Positions 45,951-55,783 of a stretch of 64,000 bases of DNA are shown piece after piece. Origin of the DNA: a virus. The notes under the pieces were generated by a model. That model saw only the letters and a program-made list of their open reading frames with translations, had not been told where the DNA came from and made no database searches. Position numbers and translations under genes: made by a program. The stretch lies in IMG/VR virus record IMGVR_UViG_3300044825_001871, positions 92,236 to 156,235 of that record. One strand, given 5' to 3'. Within the stretch, counting starts at the first letter, position 1. Each line of letters opens with the position of its first letter.

Positions 45951-46746
45951 TCATTTGGGTAAACTGGGACAACTTGGAAATCAGATGTTCCAGTACGCAG
46001 CATTGCGTGGTATAGCGCATCACAAAAATTACGAATGGTGTATTCCAAATCATAAGGAAGTTGTAGTCGATGCTCTTGGTAATAAACTTAGGATTGAATT
46101 ATTTGATTGCTTTAAATTACCAAATGTTAATCAAAATAATCTAGGATTGTTAGACCGTGGGCATTCTCCAATAGTTTTTGAGAAACAATTTCATTTTGAT
46201 GAGGATTTATATAATCTTTGTTCCAATGAAGTTTCTCTTTATGGATTTTTTCAATCTGAAAAATGGTTCAAGAATATTGAAAGTCAAATACGAGAAGATT
46301 TTACTTTTATTGATGAAATATCTGGGCCATGTAAAGAGATGATGGAGGAAATTGAAAATCCAATTTCTCTTCATATTAGAAGAGGAGATTTCTTGATTAA
46401 CTCATCCAACCACTTTAATCTATCCTTAGACTATTATGAGCAAGCATTATCTTGCTTTGATACTGATAGGTGTGTTATAATATTCTCTGATGATGTTGAC
46501 TGGTGTAAAAATCAAGCACTATTTTCTGATGATAGGTTTTTAGTATCTGAAAGTAAGAGTAGTTATGTTGACTTATGTTTAATGACCATGTGCTCTGATG
46601 CTATCATAGCCAATAGCACTTTTAGTTGGTGGGGAGCATGGTTATCAAATTCAAAAAAAGTGGTTGCCCCTCAAAAGTGGTTTGGTCCAAGCAATTCAGA
46701 TAAAAATACTAAAGATTTATACCCAAATGAGTGGATTATTATATGA
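45937..46746 (+). CDS. Alpha-1,2-fucosyltransferase family (GT11), paralog of 41867
   Basis: GQLGNQMFQYA, HIRRGD, ANSTFSWWGAWL. Confidence 0.88.
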   Translation: MLAFNHLGKLGQLGNQMFQYAALRGIAHHKNYEWCIPNHKEVVVDALGNKLRIELFDCFKLPNVNQNNLGLLDRGHSPIVFEKQFHFDEDLYNLCSNEVSLYGFFQSEKWFKNIESQIREDFTFIDEISGPCKEMMEEIENPISLHIRRGDFLINSSNHFNLSLDYYEQALSCFDTDRCVIIFSDDVDWCKNQALFSDDRFLVSESKSSYVDLCLMTMCSDAIIANSTFSWWGAWLSNSKKVVAPQKWFGPSNSDKNTKDLYPNEWIII

Positions 46747-47414
46747 ATGATATTAAAGAGTTTCGTGACATTGTTCTATCAAACTTTGAAGGAAGAGAAA
46801 ATATTTTTTTGATTCAAGTTGGATCGAATGATGGTTCAGATAATAACTTTATGGAAGATCCTGTAAGGGACTTGATAGAAGATGATGATAGGTTTTTCTC
46901 TGTATTGATTGAACCGCAAAAAAATGAATTTGGAAGACTAAAAGATAATTACTCAAACCAGAAAGATAGAATTGATTTTCTAAATGTTGCTATTTCTCAT
47001 GTTGATGGTCCTGTAAAATTATATAAGAATATAGACCATGAAGGAACGTCTGGGCATTCCACTCTTCTCCTGAGACAGAATGACCAAAATACCCTCTTTG
47101 ATGAAAATCATTATGAATTAGTTGATGGGATTACAGTTTCTACTTTGATGAAGTCATATGAAAATTCAGTTGATATTTTAGTTATAGATACTGAAGGTTT
47201 TGATATGGAAATTGTAAAACAATTTATTGGGGAGAAAATATATCCAAAAATAATTTACTTTGAAAGACCCCATCCAAATCCAAATGATGATAGATTAAAC
47301 ACAGTTAAATGTGGGTATGACGAATTAAACAATTTGTTGAATGACCTAACGAGTCTTGGCTATAATTCAAAAATTCTTTCAGGTAATGTCCTCTGTATTA
47401 AGTTAAATGAATAA
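46743..47414 (+). CDS. FkbM-family methyltransferase
   Basis: QVGSNDG, LIEP, IDTEGFD. Confidence 0.78.
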   Translation: MNDIKEFRDIVLSNFEGRENIFLIQVGSNDGSDNNFMEDPVRDLIEDDDRFFSVLIEPQKNEFGRLKDNYSNQKDRIDFLNVAISHVDGPVKLYKNIDHEGTSGHSTLLLRQNDQNTLFDENHYELVDGITVSTLMKSYENSVDILVIDTEGFDMEIVKQFIGEKIYPKIIYFERPHPNPNDDRLNTVKCGYDELNNLLNDLTSLGYNSKILSGNVLCIKLNE

Positions 47415-48039
47415 TGATGTAAGTTTTTCTGAAGTTTTTAAAAATGAATTCTATCAAAGGATGATTTCTCCTGCTGGAAATAATCCAGTAAGAAATCGTG
47501 CTGATAGTTTTTTGAAGATATTTCAACTTCTAGAACAAAAGAAGAATAAAAATTTTTATATTGTCGAGACTGGAACTACTAGAGCGGATCATGGCCACCT
47601 TGCTTTTGGTGATGATGGGGCATCAACATATATCTTTGACCAGTTTGTAAATCACTATGATGGGAAGGTATATTCCGTTGATATAAATCAATCCAATGTT
47701 GATTACTGTTCAACCTTAGTTTCCGAAAAAACAGAAGTTGTTTGTTCTGATTCTGTTAAATTTCTATGGAGTTTACCTAAGAGTAAGAAAATAGATTTTC
47801 TTTATCTAGATTCGTATGATATTGAGAGAGATAATCCACACCCATCTCAATTGCATCATGTAAAAGAACTTTGTGCAGCAATAGATAAGTTGAAGAGTGG
47901 CTCAATAGTTGCGGTTGATGACCACGATGCCTTTTTTACTGGATGTAAAATTGGTAAGGGTAATTATGTAAAAGACTTTATGGATGACATTGGAGCAACT
48001 CTCATTTACGAAGGTTATCAAATAGTTTGGGTATTATGA
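47407..48039 (+). CDS. Class I SAM-dependent methyltransferase
   Basis: IVETGT, YSVDI, DSVKFL, IDFLYLDS, VAVDD. Confidence 0.75.
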   Translation: MNNDVSFSEVFKNEFYQRMISPAGNNPVRNRADSFLKIFQLLEQKKNKNFYIVETGTTRADHGHLAFGDDGASTYIFDQFVNHYDGKVYSVDINQSNVDYCSTLVSEKTEVVCSDSVKFLWSLPKSKKIDFLYLDSYDIERDNPHPSQLHHVKELCAAIDKLKSGSIVAVDDHDAFFTGCKIGKGNYVKDFMDDIGATLIYEGYQIVWVL

Positions 48040-48764
48040 CTGACATTTTTTTAAAAGCATATCATGGTGGACTTGGGGATAGTCTGCAGTTTTCAACTTT
48101 ACCAGAAGAGTTCGCAAAACAACATGGGAAAAAGACTTATATCTTAGAGAGTGCCCCATTCAGAAATTCAGAAATTTATGAATTGGTTTGGGGAAAAAAT
48201 CCATATGTTGAAGGTAAAAAAGAGGGCCCTTGGAATGCTGGCGATATTCCAGAAATTCCATACTCAAACATTATGGGAAACACAATTCTGAATTGGGAAA
48301 AGTTTCATGGACTAAATCCGACTAATACTCGCCCCAAGATTTATTATGAACCAGAAAAACATGATGATGTAAAAGATATTTTTATTGTTGATTTTAGTTG
48401 TATTAGTATTGATTATGATAAAAATCAACTTAAAAGTATTTTTGAAAATCTAAAAAATGAATACCCAGATAGAAAATTTGTCTCCGTGTATTTCACGAAG
48501 CAAGTTTCTGATGGAAAACATAATACGTATGATGTTGGATTTGATGGATACATTGAGGTTGAGAATATATTCAGATATTGTGATTTAATTTCTTCCGCAT
48601 ATGGTTTAGTTGCTCTAAGTAGTGGCGCTAGTCATCTGAGTTCTGCTCTTAAACAATACTCTCCAAATCTTAAGAGTATTTGTATTATGCCAGAAAAATG
48701 GTATAATACCCACAAAGAGCGTGGACTTTTTCTTTTTGATAACATTGATTATCTAACTTACTAA
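48036..48764 (+). CDS. Putative glycosyltransferase (GT9-like N-terminal motif)
   Basis: GGLGDSL, SGASHLS; glycan-cluster context. Confidence 0.5.
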   Translation: MTDIFLKAYHGGLGDSLQFSTLPEEFAKQHGKKTYILESAPFRNSEIYELVWGKNPYVEGKKEGPWNAGDIPEIPYSNIMGNTILNWEKFHGLNPTNTRPKIYYEPEKHDDVKDIFIVDFSCISIDYDKNQLKSIFENLKNEYPDRKFVSVYFTKQVSDGKHNTYDVGFDGYIEVENIFRYCDLISSAYGLVALSSGASHLSSALKQYSPNLKSICIMPEKWYNTHKERGLFLFDNIDYLTY

Positions 48765-48765
48765 T

Positions 48766-49743
48766 ATGAAATTTTTAATTACAGGAATTACTGGATTTGC
48801 TGGACCTCATCTGGCAAATCTTCTTTATGAAAATGGGCATCAAATTTATGGATTAATTCGCCGTACTAATGGTATGGAGAGTGATATTCGTGATGTTGTG
48901 AGAGATGAAGTTTATAATTCAATAACTTTTCTTTATGGAGATCTTTGTAACTATAGATCCATGCGGAAAGTTTTTGAAGAAAATCAGTTTGATGGAGTAT
49001 TTCATCTTGCCGCACAATCACATCCTCCAACAAGTTTCATTGACCCTATTGGGACAATGGAAACTAATGTAATTGGTAGTGCGAATCTCATTCAGGTAAT
49101 TCAGGACCATCAACTAGAATGTAAATTGATGTTCTGTTCTACATCAGAAGTTTACGGAAATGTTGGACAGGATGGAAGAAAGATTCATTGGGAAGATACA
49201 ATTTTTCCAGCAAATCCCTATGGTGCTTCAAAGGCCGCTACAGACCTTTATCTTCAGGAAAGAATGCATAATGGATTCCTAAAAGGATTCATCACTCGCG
49301 CATTCTCTCATACTGGACCCCGTAGGGGAAGAATATTCTCAATCTCATCTGATGCTTATCAAATTGCCAGAATGATGAAAGGTCTTCAAGAACCTGTTCT
49401 TAAAGTTGGTAATCTTGAGACTACTCGTGTAGTAATGGATGTTCGTGATACTGTTCGAGCATATTATCTCGCAATGATTAATAAAGATGTAGTAAATCAT
49501 GTTTTTAATATCTGTGGGGATACTCCTCGCAAAATGCAGTTCTTTACTGATAAACTGATTGAAATTTCTGGTTTAAAAAATGTAGAACAAAAAATTCATG
49601 AACCTTTTTGGAGACCTCATGAAATTTATTATCAACATGGTGATGCTACAAACTTAGTTGAAATGACTGGGTTTAAAGAAGAATATGATATTGATACGAC
49701 TTTAGAAGATCTTCTCATGTACTGGTACAACAAAATTCAATGA
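48766..49743 (+). CDS. GDP-mannose 4,6-dehydratase (Gmd/Rmd-like SDR)
   Basis: ITGITGFAG, HLAAQSH, STSEVYG, PYGASK. Confidence 0.85.
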   Translation: MKFLITGITGFAGPHLANLLYENGHQIYGLIRRTNGMESDIRDVVRDEVYNSITFLYGDLCNYRSMRKVFEENQFDGVFHLAAQSHPPTSFIDPIGTMETNVIGSANLIQVIQDHQLECKLMFCSTSEVYGNVGQDGRKIHWEDTIFPANPYGASKAATDLYLQERMHNGFLKGFITRAFSHTGPRRGRIFSISSDAYQIARMMKGLQEPVLKVGNLETTRVVMDVRDTVRAYYLAMINKDVVNHVFNICGDTPRKMQFFTDKLIEISGLKNVEQKIHEPFWRPHEIYYQHGDATNLVEMTGFKEEYDIDTTLEDLLMYWYNKIQ

Positions 49744-50141
49744 CAACAGTTTTTGTTAATGGTACGTTTGATGTCCTCCATAGAGGACATCTTGAACTTT
49801 TAAGATACGCTAAGTCTTTGGGTGATTATGTTGTTGTTGGTATAGATACGGATTATCGGGTAAAGGAAAAGAAGGGGCAATCTAGACCAATCAATAATGC
49901 TGCAGATAGAGCATTTATGTTAATCAATTTAAAATCAGTTGATGAGGTTAGATTCTTTAGTACTGATAAAGAATTAGAAGATTTGGTAAAATCTGTAAAA
50001 CCTGATATAATGGTCGTTGGTTCTGACTGGAAAGATAAATCTGTAATTGGTTCATACTACGCAGCTAAACTTTTATTTTTTGATAGGATAGATGAATACT
50101 CAACCACAAAAATCATTCAGGGTATTATTGATAGGGGATAG
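49740..50141 (+). CDS. Sugar-1-phosphate adenylyl/cytidylyltransferase (HldE C-domain-like)
   Basis: NGTFDVLHRGH, KGQSRPIN, VGSDW, YSTTKII. Confidence 0.85.
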   Translation: MTTVFVNGTFDVLHRGHLELLRYAKSLGDYVVVGIDTDYRVKEKKGQSRPINNAADRAFMLINLKSVDEVRFFSTDKELEDLVKSVKPDIMVVGSDWKDKSVIGSYYAAKLLFFDRIDEYSTTKIIQGIIDRG

Positions 50142-50853
50142 TTGCGTAGATGAATATGTCTATGGTACATGTGATAGATTAAGTCCAGAAGCCCCTGTTC
50201 CAGTTCATCTCTATAAAGAAACAAAAAAATTTATAGGGATGGCACATAATGTATATTTGAATCTTTTATCTTTTGGACTTGATTGTGACTTCCATACGAA
50301 TGATCCAGAAAAACTTATTAAAAGAAGATTCATTGATTTGAAGTCCATGACTCAAATTATGAGACATGATGTAGGAACTCACGTTGAATGTAAACCAGTT
50401 GATTCTTTTCTAGATTATGATGCCATTGTTATATCCGACTATGATAAGGGTCTCATAGATCCAGTTTCAATAAAGAAACTTTGTGAAAATTTTTCTGGAC
50501 CTATTTTTGTTGATAGTAAGAGAAAGGATTTGAGTATCTTTCCAAATGCCATTATAAAGATAAATCAATATGAAGCAGAGCAAGCAAAAATATCAGATTC
50601 TAACAAACTAATTGTTACTCATGGAAAGTCTGGAGCAACTTATGATGGTGTTAGATTTGAGGCACCTCATGTGGATGTATATGACGTAACGGGTGCTGGG
50701 GATATTTTCTTGGCATCTCTTTGTTATTTTTATCTAACTACTAGAGATTTTTATGTGTCGATACCGAAGTGTATAAATTTAGCTACTAAATCGGTTCAGC
50801 ATTTGGGTTCTTATGTTCTTACTGAAGGTGATATAAATGAAGTACGTAATTGA
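50092..50853 (+). CDS. PfkB-family sugar kinase (HldE N-domain-like)
   Basis: GDSCVDEYVYGTCDRLSPEAPVPV, ISDYDKG, DVTGAGD. Confidence 0.85.
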   Translation: MNTQPQKSFRVLLIGDSCVDEYVYGTCDRLSPEAPVPVHLYKETKKFIGMAHNVYLNLLSFGLDCDFHTNDPEKLIKRRFIDLKSMTQIMRHDVGTHVECKPVDSFLDYDAIVISDYDKGLIDPVSIKKLCENFSGPIFVDSKRKDLSIFPNAIIKINQYEAEQAKISDSNKLIVTHGKSGATYDGVRFEAPHVDVYDVTGAGDIFLASLCYFYLTTRDFYVSIPKCINLATKSVQHLGSYVLTEGDINEVRN

Positions 50854-51151
50854 TATTGATGGGACAATATGTACCATTACCAATGGTAATTATGAACTTG
50901 CCATCCCAATTCAATCTAGAATTGAAAAAATAAATAAGTTATATGATGAAGGAAACCATATAACTTACTCAACCGCGAGAGGTATGGGTAGATTTAAAGA
51001 TTCAAGAATTCTTTCCTATGAGAATTTTTATGATCTTACTTATTCTCAGTTAAAATCTTGGGGATGTAAATTTCACGAACTTCATCTTGGAAAACCCTCT
51101 GGGGATTATTACATTGACGATAAAGGTATGAATTCAAATGACTTCTTCTGA
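50837..51151 (+). CDS. Small HAD-family phosphatase
   Basis: IDIDGTI, STARG, GKP, YIDDK. Confidence 0.8.
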   Translation: MKYVIDIDGTICTITNGNYELAIPIQSRIEKINKLYDEGNHITYSTARGMGRFKDSRILSYENFYDLTYSQLKSWGCKFHELHLGKPSGDYYIDDKGMNSNDFF

Positions 51152-51494
51152 AATTAAATTTGTCCCTAAAGGATGGGGATTTGAGAAATGGATTGTAAAC
51201 TCTGAAAAATACTGCGGTAAACTTCTTTATCTTGTGAAGGGTAAAAAATGTTCGTGGCATTATCATGCTCTAAAAGACGAGACATTTTTTGTTCAATCTG
51301 GTAAAATAATACTATATCATAGTTTTGGTGATAATATTGAACTAGCAGAAAAAAAAGTTCTTAGTAGAGGAGAAAAATTTCATATACCAATTGGACTAAG
51401 GCATAGAATGTATGCCTTAGAAGATACTGAATTATTTGAATTTTCGACAGAACACTTTGATAGTGATAGTATTAGAATTCTCAATGGCGATTAA
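51138..51494 (+). CDS. Cupin (mannose-6-phosphate isomerase-like)
   Basis: KGWGFEKW, SWHYH..KDETF, HRM, EFST. Confidence 0.8.
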   Translation: MTSSEIKFVPKGWGFEKWIVNSEKYCGKLLYLVKGKKCSWHYHALKDETFFVQSGKIILYHSFGDNIELAEKKVLSRGEKFHIPIGLRHRMYALEDTELFEFSTEHFDSDSIRILNGD

Positions 51495-52296
51495 TCAAAT
51501 GGATAAAAACAAATCAGCGTATAAGTTACGAAATATCGGTCCCATATATTATCTCAATCTGGATAGTCAACCAGAAAGAAGGGAATATATGGAGCAGCAA
51601 TTTGATTATTGGCAAATTGAAAATTATACTCGTATTTCTGCTTATGATGGTAGAGATGATGATCTAAGTGATATTATTCGAGGAAGATATCCTGAGACAA
51701 TGAGCTCAGGTGAAATTGGTTGCGTTACTTCTCACCTTAAAGCAATTAAACATTGGTATGAAACTTCGGATTCTCCTTATGCGATTATTATGGAGGATGA
51801 TTGTAATCTTGACCTAGTTAAATATTGGAATTTTACTTGGGATGATTTTTACTGCCGCATTCCTTATGATTGGGATGTCGTTCAGATTGCTATTATTTGT
51901 ACGGGAGACCTTCACGTAATCCTTCATAAAAGATTCGTAAATGACTTTTCAACTGCCTGTTATATGATAACCAGGCATCATGCTGAAAAACTTTTAAGAT
52001 TTCATACGAAGGGCGATAAGTATAAGTTAGACAATGGGGTTAAACCTAGACCCGTTGCCGATGACTTGATTTATAATTCTGCTAATACTTATAGTATTCC
52101 TTTGCTTTTCTATAAAATAGAACTTGGATCTACTATACATCCAGAACATATTGAGACCTTTCATAGGGGAAATTATAATGGTCTTTTAGATTTTTGGAGC
52201 CAAAGAGGTTCCGATTTGACTATCGAAACTCTTATGAATTATGATCCATATCTTGGTAGAGTGATTGAGAATTCCTCTGTTCAACAAAGCACTTGA
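51484..52296 (+). CDS. Glycosyltransferase family 25
   Basis: YLNLDSQPERR, GEIGCVTSH, IMEDD. Confidence 0.85.
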   Translation: MAINQMDKNKSAYKLRNIGPIYYLNLDSQPERREYMEQQFDYWQIENYTRISAYDGRDDDLSDIIRGRYPETMSSGEIGCVTSHLKAIKHWYETSDSPYAIIMEDDCNLDLVKYWNFTWDDFYCRIPYDWDVVQIAIICTGDLHVILHKRFVNDFSTACYMITRHHAEKLLRFHTKGDKYKLDNGVKPRPVADDLIYNSANTYSIPLLFYKIELGSTIHPEHIETFHRGNYNGLLDFWSQRGSDLTIETLMNYDPYLGRVIENSSVQQST

Positions 52297-52395
52297 CTGA
52301 TCCCAGAGAAAGTGTTAAGATAAATACCGTGATGTGACAATGCCGCAATTACTTGCAAAGTTACATAATGTCCTATAGAACAAAAACAAATTTTT

Positions 52396-53862
52396 ATGAA
52401 ACTCAAACAACTGATGCTTGCACCTGTTGCTCTGGGAATGGTTGCTCCTGTTGCTGCAAATGCTGCAGACCTCAATATGGCAGCAGTCAACCAATACTCT
52501 TCTGAGCAGGTTACAAGCGTCTCACAACTGTCTGATGTTCAACCCACCGATTGGGCTTATCAGGCACTCAGCAACCTTGTAGAGCGTTATGGTTGCGTTG
52601 CTGGTTATCCCAACGGCACCTATGGTGGCGGTAAAGCAATGACTCGCTTTGAAGCAGCAGCACTTCTAAATGCTTGCCTGGATCGTGTAACTGAAAACAC
52701 TGATGAACTCAAGCGTCTTGCTGATGAGTTCCGCAATGAACTGACTGTAATTCAAGGTTCTGTTTCTAAACTGGAAACTCAGGTTGGTCAACTGGAAGCA
52801 ACCCAGTTCTCTACCACTACCAAACTCCGTGGTGAAGCAAACTTCGTTCTTGGTGGTGTTCCTGGTTATGATACCAAAGGTGGTGATGTAACTCACGCTG
52901 CATTTAACTACGATCTGCGTTTGAACCTGGATACTTCGTTCACTGGTAAGGATCTACTCAAGACCCGTTTGCGTTCTGCTAACTTCAGCAGTGATCCTTT
53001 TGGTTCCAGTTCTTCTCTGTTCAAACTGGATAAAGCAGACAACACTTCCAGTGAAGTTGGCAACAATGTAGTTATTGATCGTCTGTACTATTCATTCCCT
53101 GTGTTCAACGGAAGCACTACTTTGACTGCTGGTGCAGCAGTTCGTAACACTGAGATTGCCTGGATGCCTTCTGCATATAAGTCTGGTATTCTTGACTTCT
53201 TTGCTGTTGCTGGTACTCCTGGTGTTTATAACAAGGCAACTGGTGCTGGTTTTGGTGTTCAGTATGGTAAAAAAGGTATTGTTGCTGGTGTAAACTATGT
53301 TGCACAAGCAGGTCAAGATAGCACTCGTGGTGAGTTTGATGAGACTGGTGCTCTGAATACTCTCGCACAAATTGGTTATCGTGGTACTAACTGGGGTGCT
53401 GCATTTGGTTATCGTTATGGTACTGAAGGCACCCGTGTTCGTACTTATAACGGTTTTGATGGTGCTTCCGGTACTCTGGTTCCTGGGCAAACCTCTAACG
53501 GTTATGCTCTGAACGCATACTGGCAACCTAAGAAGTCTGGTATTGTTCCTTCTGTCTCCGCAGGTTATGGTTGGAACACTGTAAGTGGTACTCCTAGTGC
53601 TGCTACCGATAGTCAGTCTTGGTTTGCTGGTCTTCAGTGGGAAGACGTGTTTGTTGGCGGTAACTCTGCTGGTGTTGCTATCGGTCAAGCACCTACTGGT
53701 GAGAACCTTGAAAAGGCAACGATGCTTGAAATCTTCTATAAGTATCAAGTATCTGACAACATCAGCATCACTCCCGCTATCTTCTATGCTAGCGATAATC
53801 AGCGTCTTGCTGATAACTCCTCTAATTTTGGTGGTGTAATTCAAACTACCTTCAAGTTCTGA
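52396..53862 (+). CDS. Cyanobacterial outer-membrane porin (SLH + OprB-type, SomA-like)
   Basis: Signal peptide; SDVQPTDWAYQAL..LVERYGC SLH domain; QFSTTTKLRGE; C-terminal Phe. Confidence 0.92.
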   Translation: MKLKQLMLAPVALGMVAPVAANAADLNMAAVNQYSSEQVTSVSQLSDVQPTDWAYQALSNLVERYGCVAGYPNGTYGGGKAMTRFEAAALLNACLDRVTENTDELKRLADEFRNELTVIQGSVSKLETQVGQLEATQFSTTTKLRGEANFVLGGVPGYDTKGGDVTHAAFNYDLRLNLDTSFTGKDLLKTRLRSANFSSDPFGSSSSLFKLDKADNTSSEVGNNVVIDRLYYSFPVFNGSTTLTAGAAVRNTEIAWMPSAYKSGILDFFAVAGTPGVYNKATGAGFGVQYGKKGIVAGVNYVAQAGQDSTRGEFDETGALNTLAQIGYRGTNWGAAFGYRYGTEGTRVRTYNGFDGASGTLVPGQTSNGYALNAYWQPKKSGIVPSVSAGYGWNTVSGTPSAATDSQSWFAGLQWEDVFVGGNSAGVAIGQAPTGENLEKATMLEIFYKYQVSDNISITPAIFYASDNQRLADNSSNFGGVIQTTFKF

Positions 53863-53885
53863 TAAACTACTCATAACTTGAGTGA

Positions 53886-53912
53886 AACCACTCCTTTTTG
53901 GAGTGGTTTTTT
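53886..53912 (+). terminator. Terminator between porin and pstS
   Basis: AAACCACTCC-tttt-GGAGTGGTTT followed by a T-tract. Confidence 0.8.
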
Positions 53913-53916
53913 ATTG

Positions 53917-53955
53917 GTTAATCAAAACCTTAACCAAACCTTAGTGGACTTTAAG
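53917..53955 (+). promoter_or_regulatory. Putative Pho box (PhoB/SphR)
   Basis: GTTAATCA / CTTAACCA / CTTAGT / TTTAAG at 10-12 bp spacing upstream of pstS. Confidence 0.65.
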
Positions 53956-54010
53956 ATTGTCTTCTAGTATCATTACTTACGAAGTCAATTCACTTCTAAA
54001 CAAACTTTTT

Positions 54011-54973
54011 ATGAAACTCAAAAACTTTATTGCTATTGGTCTGGTTGCTGCTCCTGCCGCTACTCTTGCCGGATCTACTTTGAATGGTGCTGGTGCTACC
54101 TTCCCTGCACCAATTTATCAACGATGGTTCCAAGATTATGCACGAACTTCTGGGAGTAGGGTTAATTATCAGTCCGTTGGTTCTGGTGCTGGTGTTCGCC
54201 AATTCATTGCGGGAACGGTTGATTTCGCCGCAAGTGACGAACCAATCAAACCCGCAGAAGCGGTAAAGGTAAAGCGTGGTGTTGTTCAAATTCCGATGGT
54301 GGGTGGAACGATTGCTGTTGCTTACAATAAACCTGGATGTAAACTGAAACTGACTCAGAAGCAGACTGTTGATGTCTTCTCTGGACGTATTAAGGATTGG
54401 AAGGCACTTGGTTGTGCTGCTGGTCCCGTGACTGTGGTTCACCGTTCTGATGGTTCTGGAACTACTTTCGCATTCACTAACTCTCTAGATGCATTTGGTG
54501 GTTGGGCTCCTGGTGTCGGCAAGGCAGTCAAATGGCCTACTGGTGTTGGTTCAAAAGGTAACGAAGGTGTTTCTGGAACTATCAAGAACACTGCTGGTGC
54601 GATTGGTTATGTGAACACTGGATTTGTTCGTGCTAATAAGCTCCAAGCCGCTGTACTTCAAAACAAGGCAGGTAAGTTCGTTGGACCTTCTGCTGCAACT
54701 GGTTCCGCTGCTCTAAATGGTATTACTTTGGACTCTAACCTTGCTGGTGAAAATCCCAATCCTGCAGGTGTAAATGCTTATCCTATTTCTACTCTGACTT
54801 GGATTCTTGCATATAAGAAAGGTAATGGTGCAAAAACAGATGATATTCGTGCCGCTATTAATTATGCTCTGAGCACTAATGCACAATCTATTGCTGATGA
54901 TCTTGGATATGTTCCTCTTTCTGGAAGTATCCTAAACAAAGCACGTCTCGCCGTTGGACGTATTGGTAAATAA
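54011..54973 (+). CDS. pstS: Phosphate-binding protein PstS
   Basis: GAGATFPAP, YQSVGSGAG, HRSDGSGTT, YPI. Confidence 0.95.
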   Translation: MKLKNFIAIGLVAAPAATLAGSTLNGAGATFPAPIYQRWFQDYARTSGSRVNYQSVGSGAGVRQFIAGTVDFAASDEPIKPAEAVKVKRGVVQIPMVGGTIAVAYNKPGCKLKLTQKQTVDVFSGRIKDWKALGCAAGPVTVVHRSDGSGTTFAFTNSLDAFGGWAPGVGKAVKWPTGVGSKGNEGVSGTIKNTAGAIGYVNTGFVRANKLQAAVLQNKAGKFVGPSAATGSAALNGITLDSNLAGENPNPAGVNAYPISTLTWILAYKKGNGAKTDDIRAAINYALSTNAQSIADDLGYVPLSGSILNKARLAVGRIGK

Positions 54974-55085
54974 TGTAGGCATTTATACTTACTAAAGTCA
55001 GCATTTTCTAACAAGGGTGGGTTTCCCCCCTTGTTTTTTCTTTAGATTTGCTATATAATTGTGTTGTAAATCTTTACAAAAGAGA

Positions 55086-55295
55086 ATGACTGTAACAACC
55101 AATGAGCGTGGTCAAATGAATATGTTTGCTAAAGAACCCTCAATGTATATGACAAAAGAAGATCTTGAGCGTTATGGTATCGAACCCTATGCTGAGAAAG
55201 CGGAGAAAATGAATGGACGCTGGGCAATGGTCGGCTTTGTTGCTGGCATCGTTTCTTATGCTATCACTGGCAACTTCTTCTTCGGTATCATCTGA
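55086..55295 (+). CDS. hli: High-light-inducible protein
   Basis: AEKMNGRWAMVGF (ExxNGRxAM). Confidence 0.9.
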   Translation: MTVTTNERGQMNMFAKEPSMYMTKEDLERYGIEPYAEKAEKMNGRWAMVGFVAGIVSYAITGNFFFGII

Positions 55296-55381
55296 TGATT
55301 GAACTAATTTTCACTACTACTTCAGTTGCATTTCTAGTTCTTTTGAGTTATTCTGTAGAGAAAGTTTGCGAAACTTACTAA
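55295..55381 (+). CDS. Very small membrane peptide (28 aa)
   Basis: TGATG and TAATG coupling on both sides; hydrophobic. Confidence 0.45.
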   Translation: MIELIFTTTSVAFLVLLSYSVEKVCETY

Positions 55382-55656
55382 TGAGTGCTGATATGCTTGG
55401 GCAACTTGGAGTTGCCCTCCAAAAACTTAACTGGGATCGTAATGATGAACTGTTGGTTGAAATTGGAGGTGTGGCGGTAACAGGAACTTCTACACATCCA
55501 GATGCAAATCCAAAATGGGCAAAACCATTTGGAACTGTAACTTATCAGAACGATGCTTTTATTGTTATTAAAAATAAAAGTCGTTCTCCAAAACAGACAT
55601 CTAATCCAAATCCAGAACTTAAACAAAAACATTTGTATCAAGGAGAAAAACAATGA
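55381..55656 (+). CDS. Hypothetical protein
   Basis: MSADMLGQL...KWAKPFG..YQNDAFIVIKN. Confidence 0.65.
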   Translation: MSADMLGQLGVALQKLNWDRNDELLVEIGGVAVTGTSTHPDANPKWAKPFGTVTYQNDAFIVIKNKSRSPKQTSNPNPELKQKHLYQGEKQ

Positions 55657-55772
55657 ACAAAATTTTTACTGAAAAAGCGGAACGTATTAACGGTTGGGCT
55701 GCAATGATTGGATTTATTGCTGCTACCGGTTCTTACCTTGTTACCGGACAAATTATTCCTGGTGTATTTTGA
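55653..55772 (+). CDS. hli: High-light-inducible protein (39 aa)
   Basis: AERINGWAAMIGF...TGQIIPGVF; below the ORF-track size cutoff. Confidence 0.9.
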   Translation: MNKIFTEKAERINGWAAMIGFIAATGSYLVTGQIIPGVF

Positions 55773-55783
55773 TGGAGGTTAAA

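Noticed and set aside
53092-53874. 260-aa antisense ORF opposite the porin
   Set aside because: Thr/Ser-rich mirror of GGT/GCT codon bias; no independent evidence
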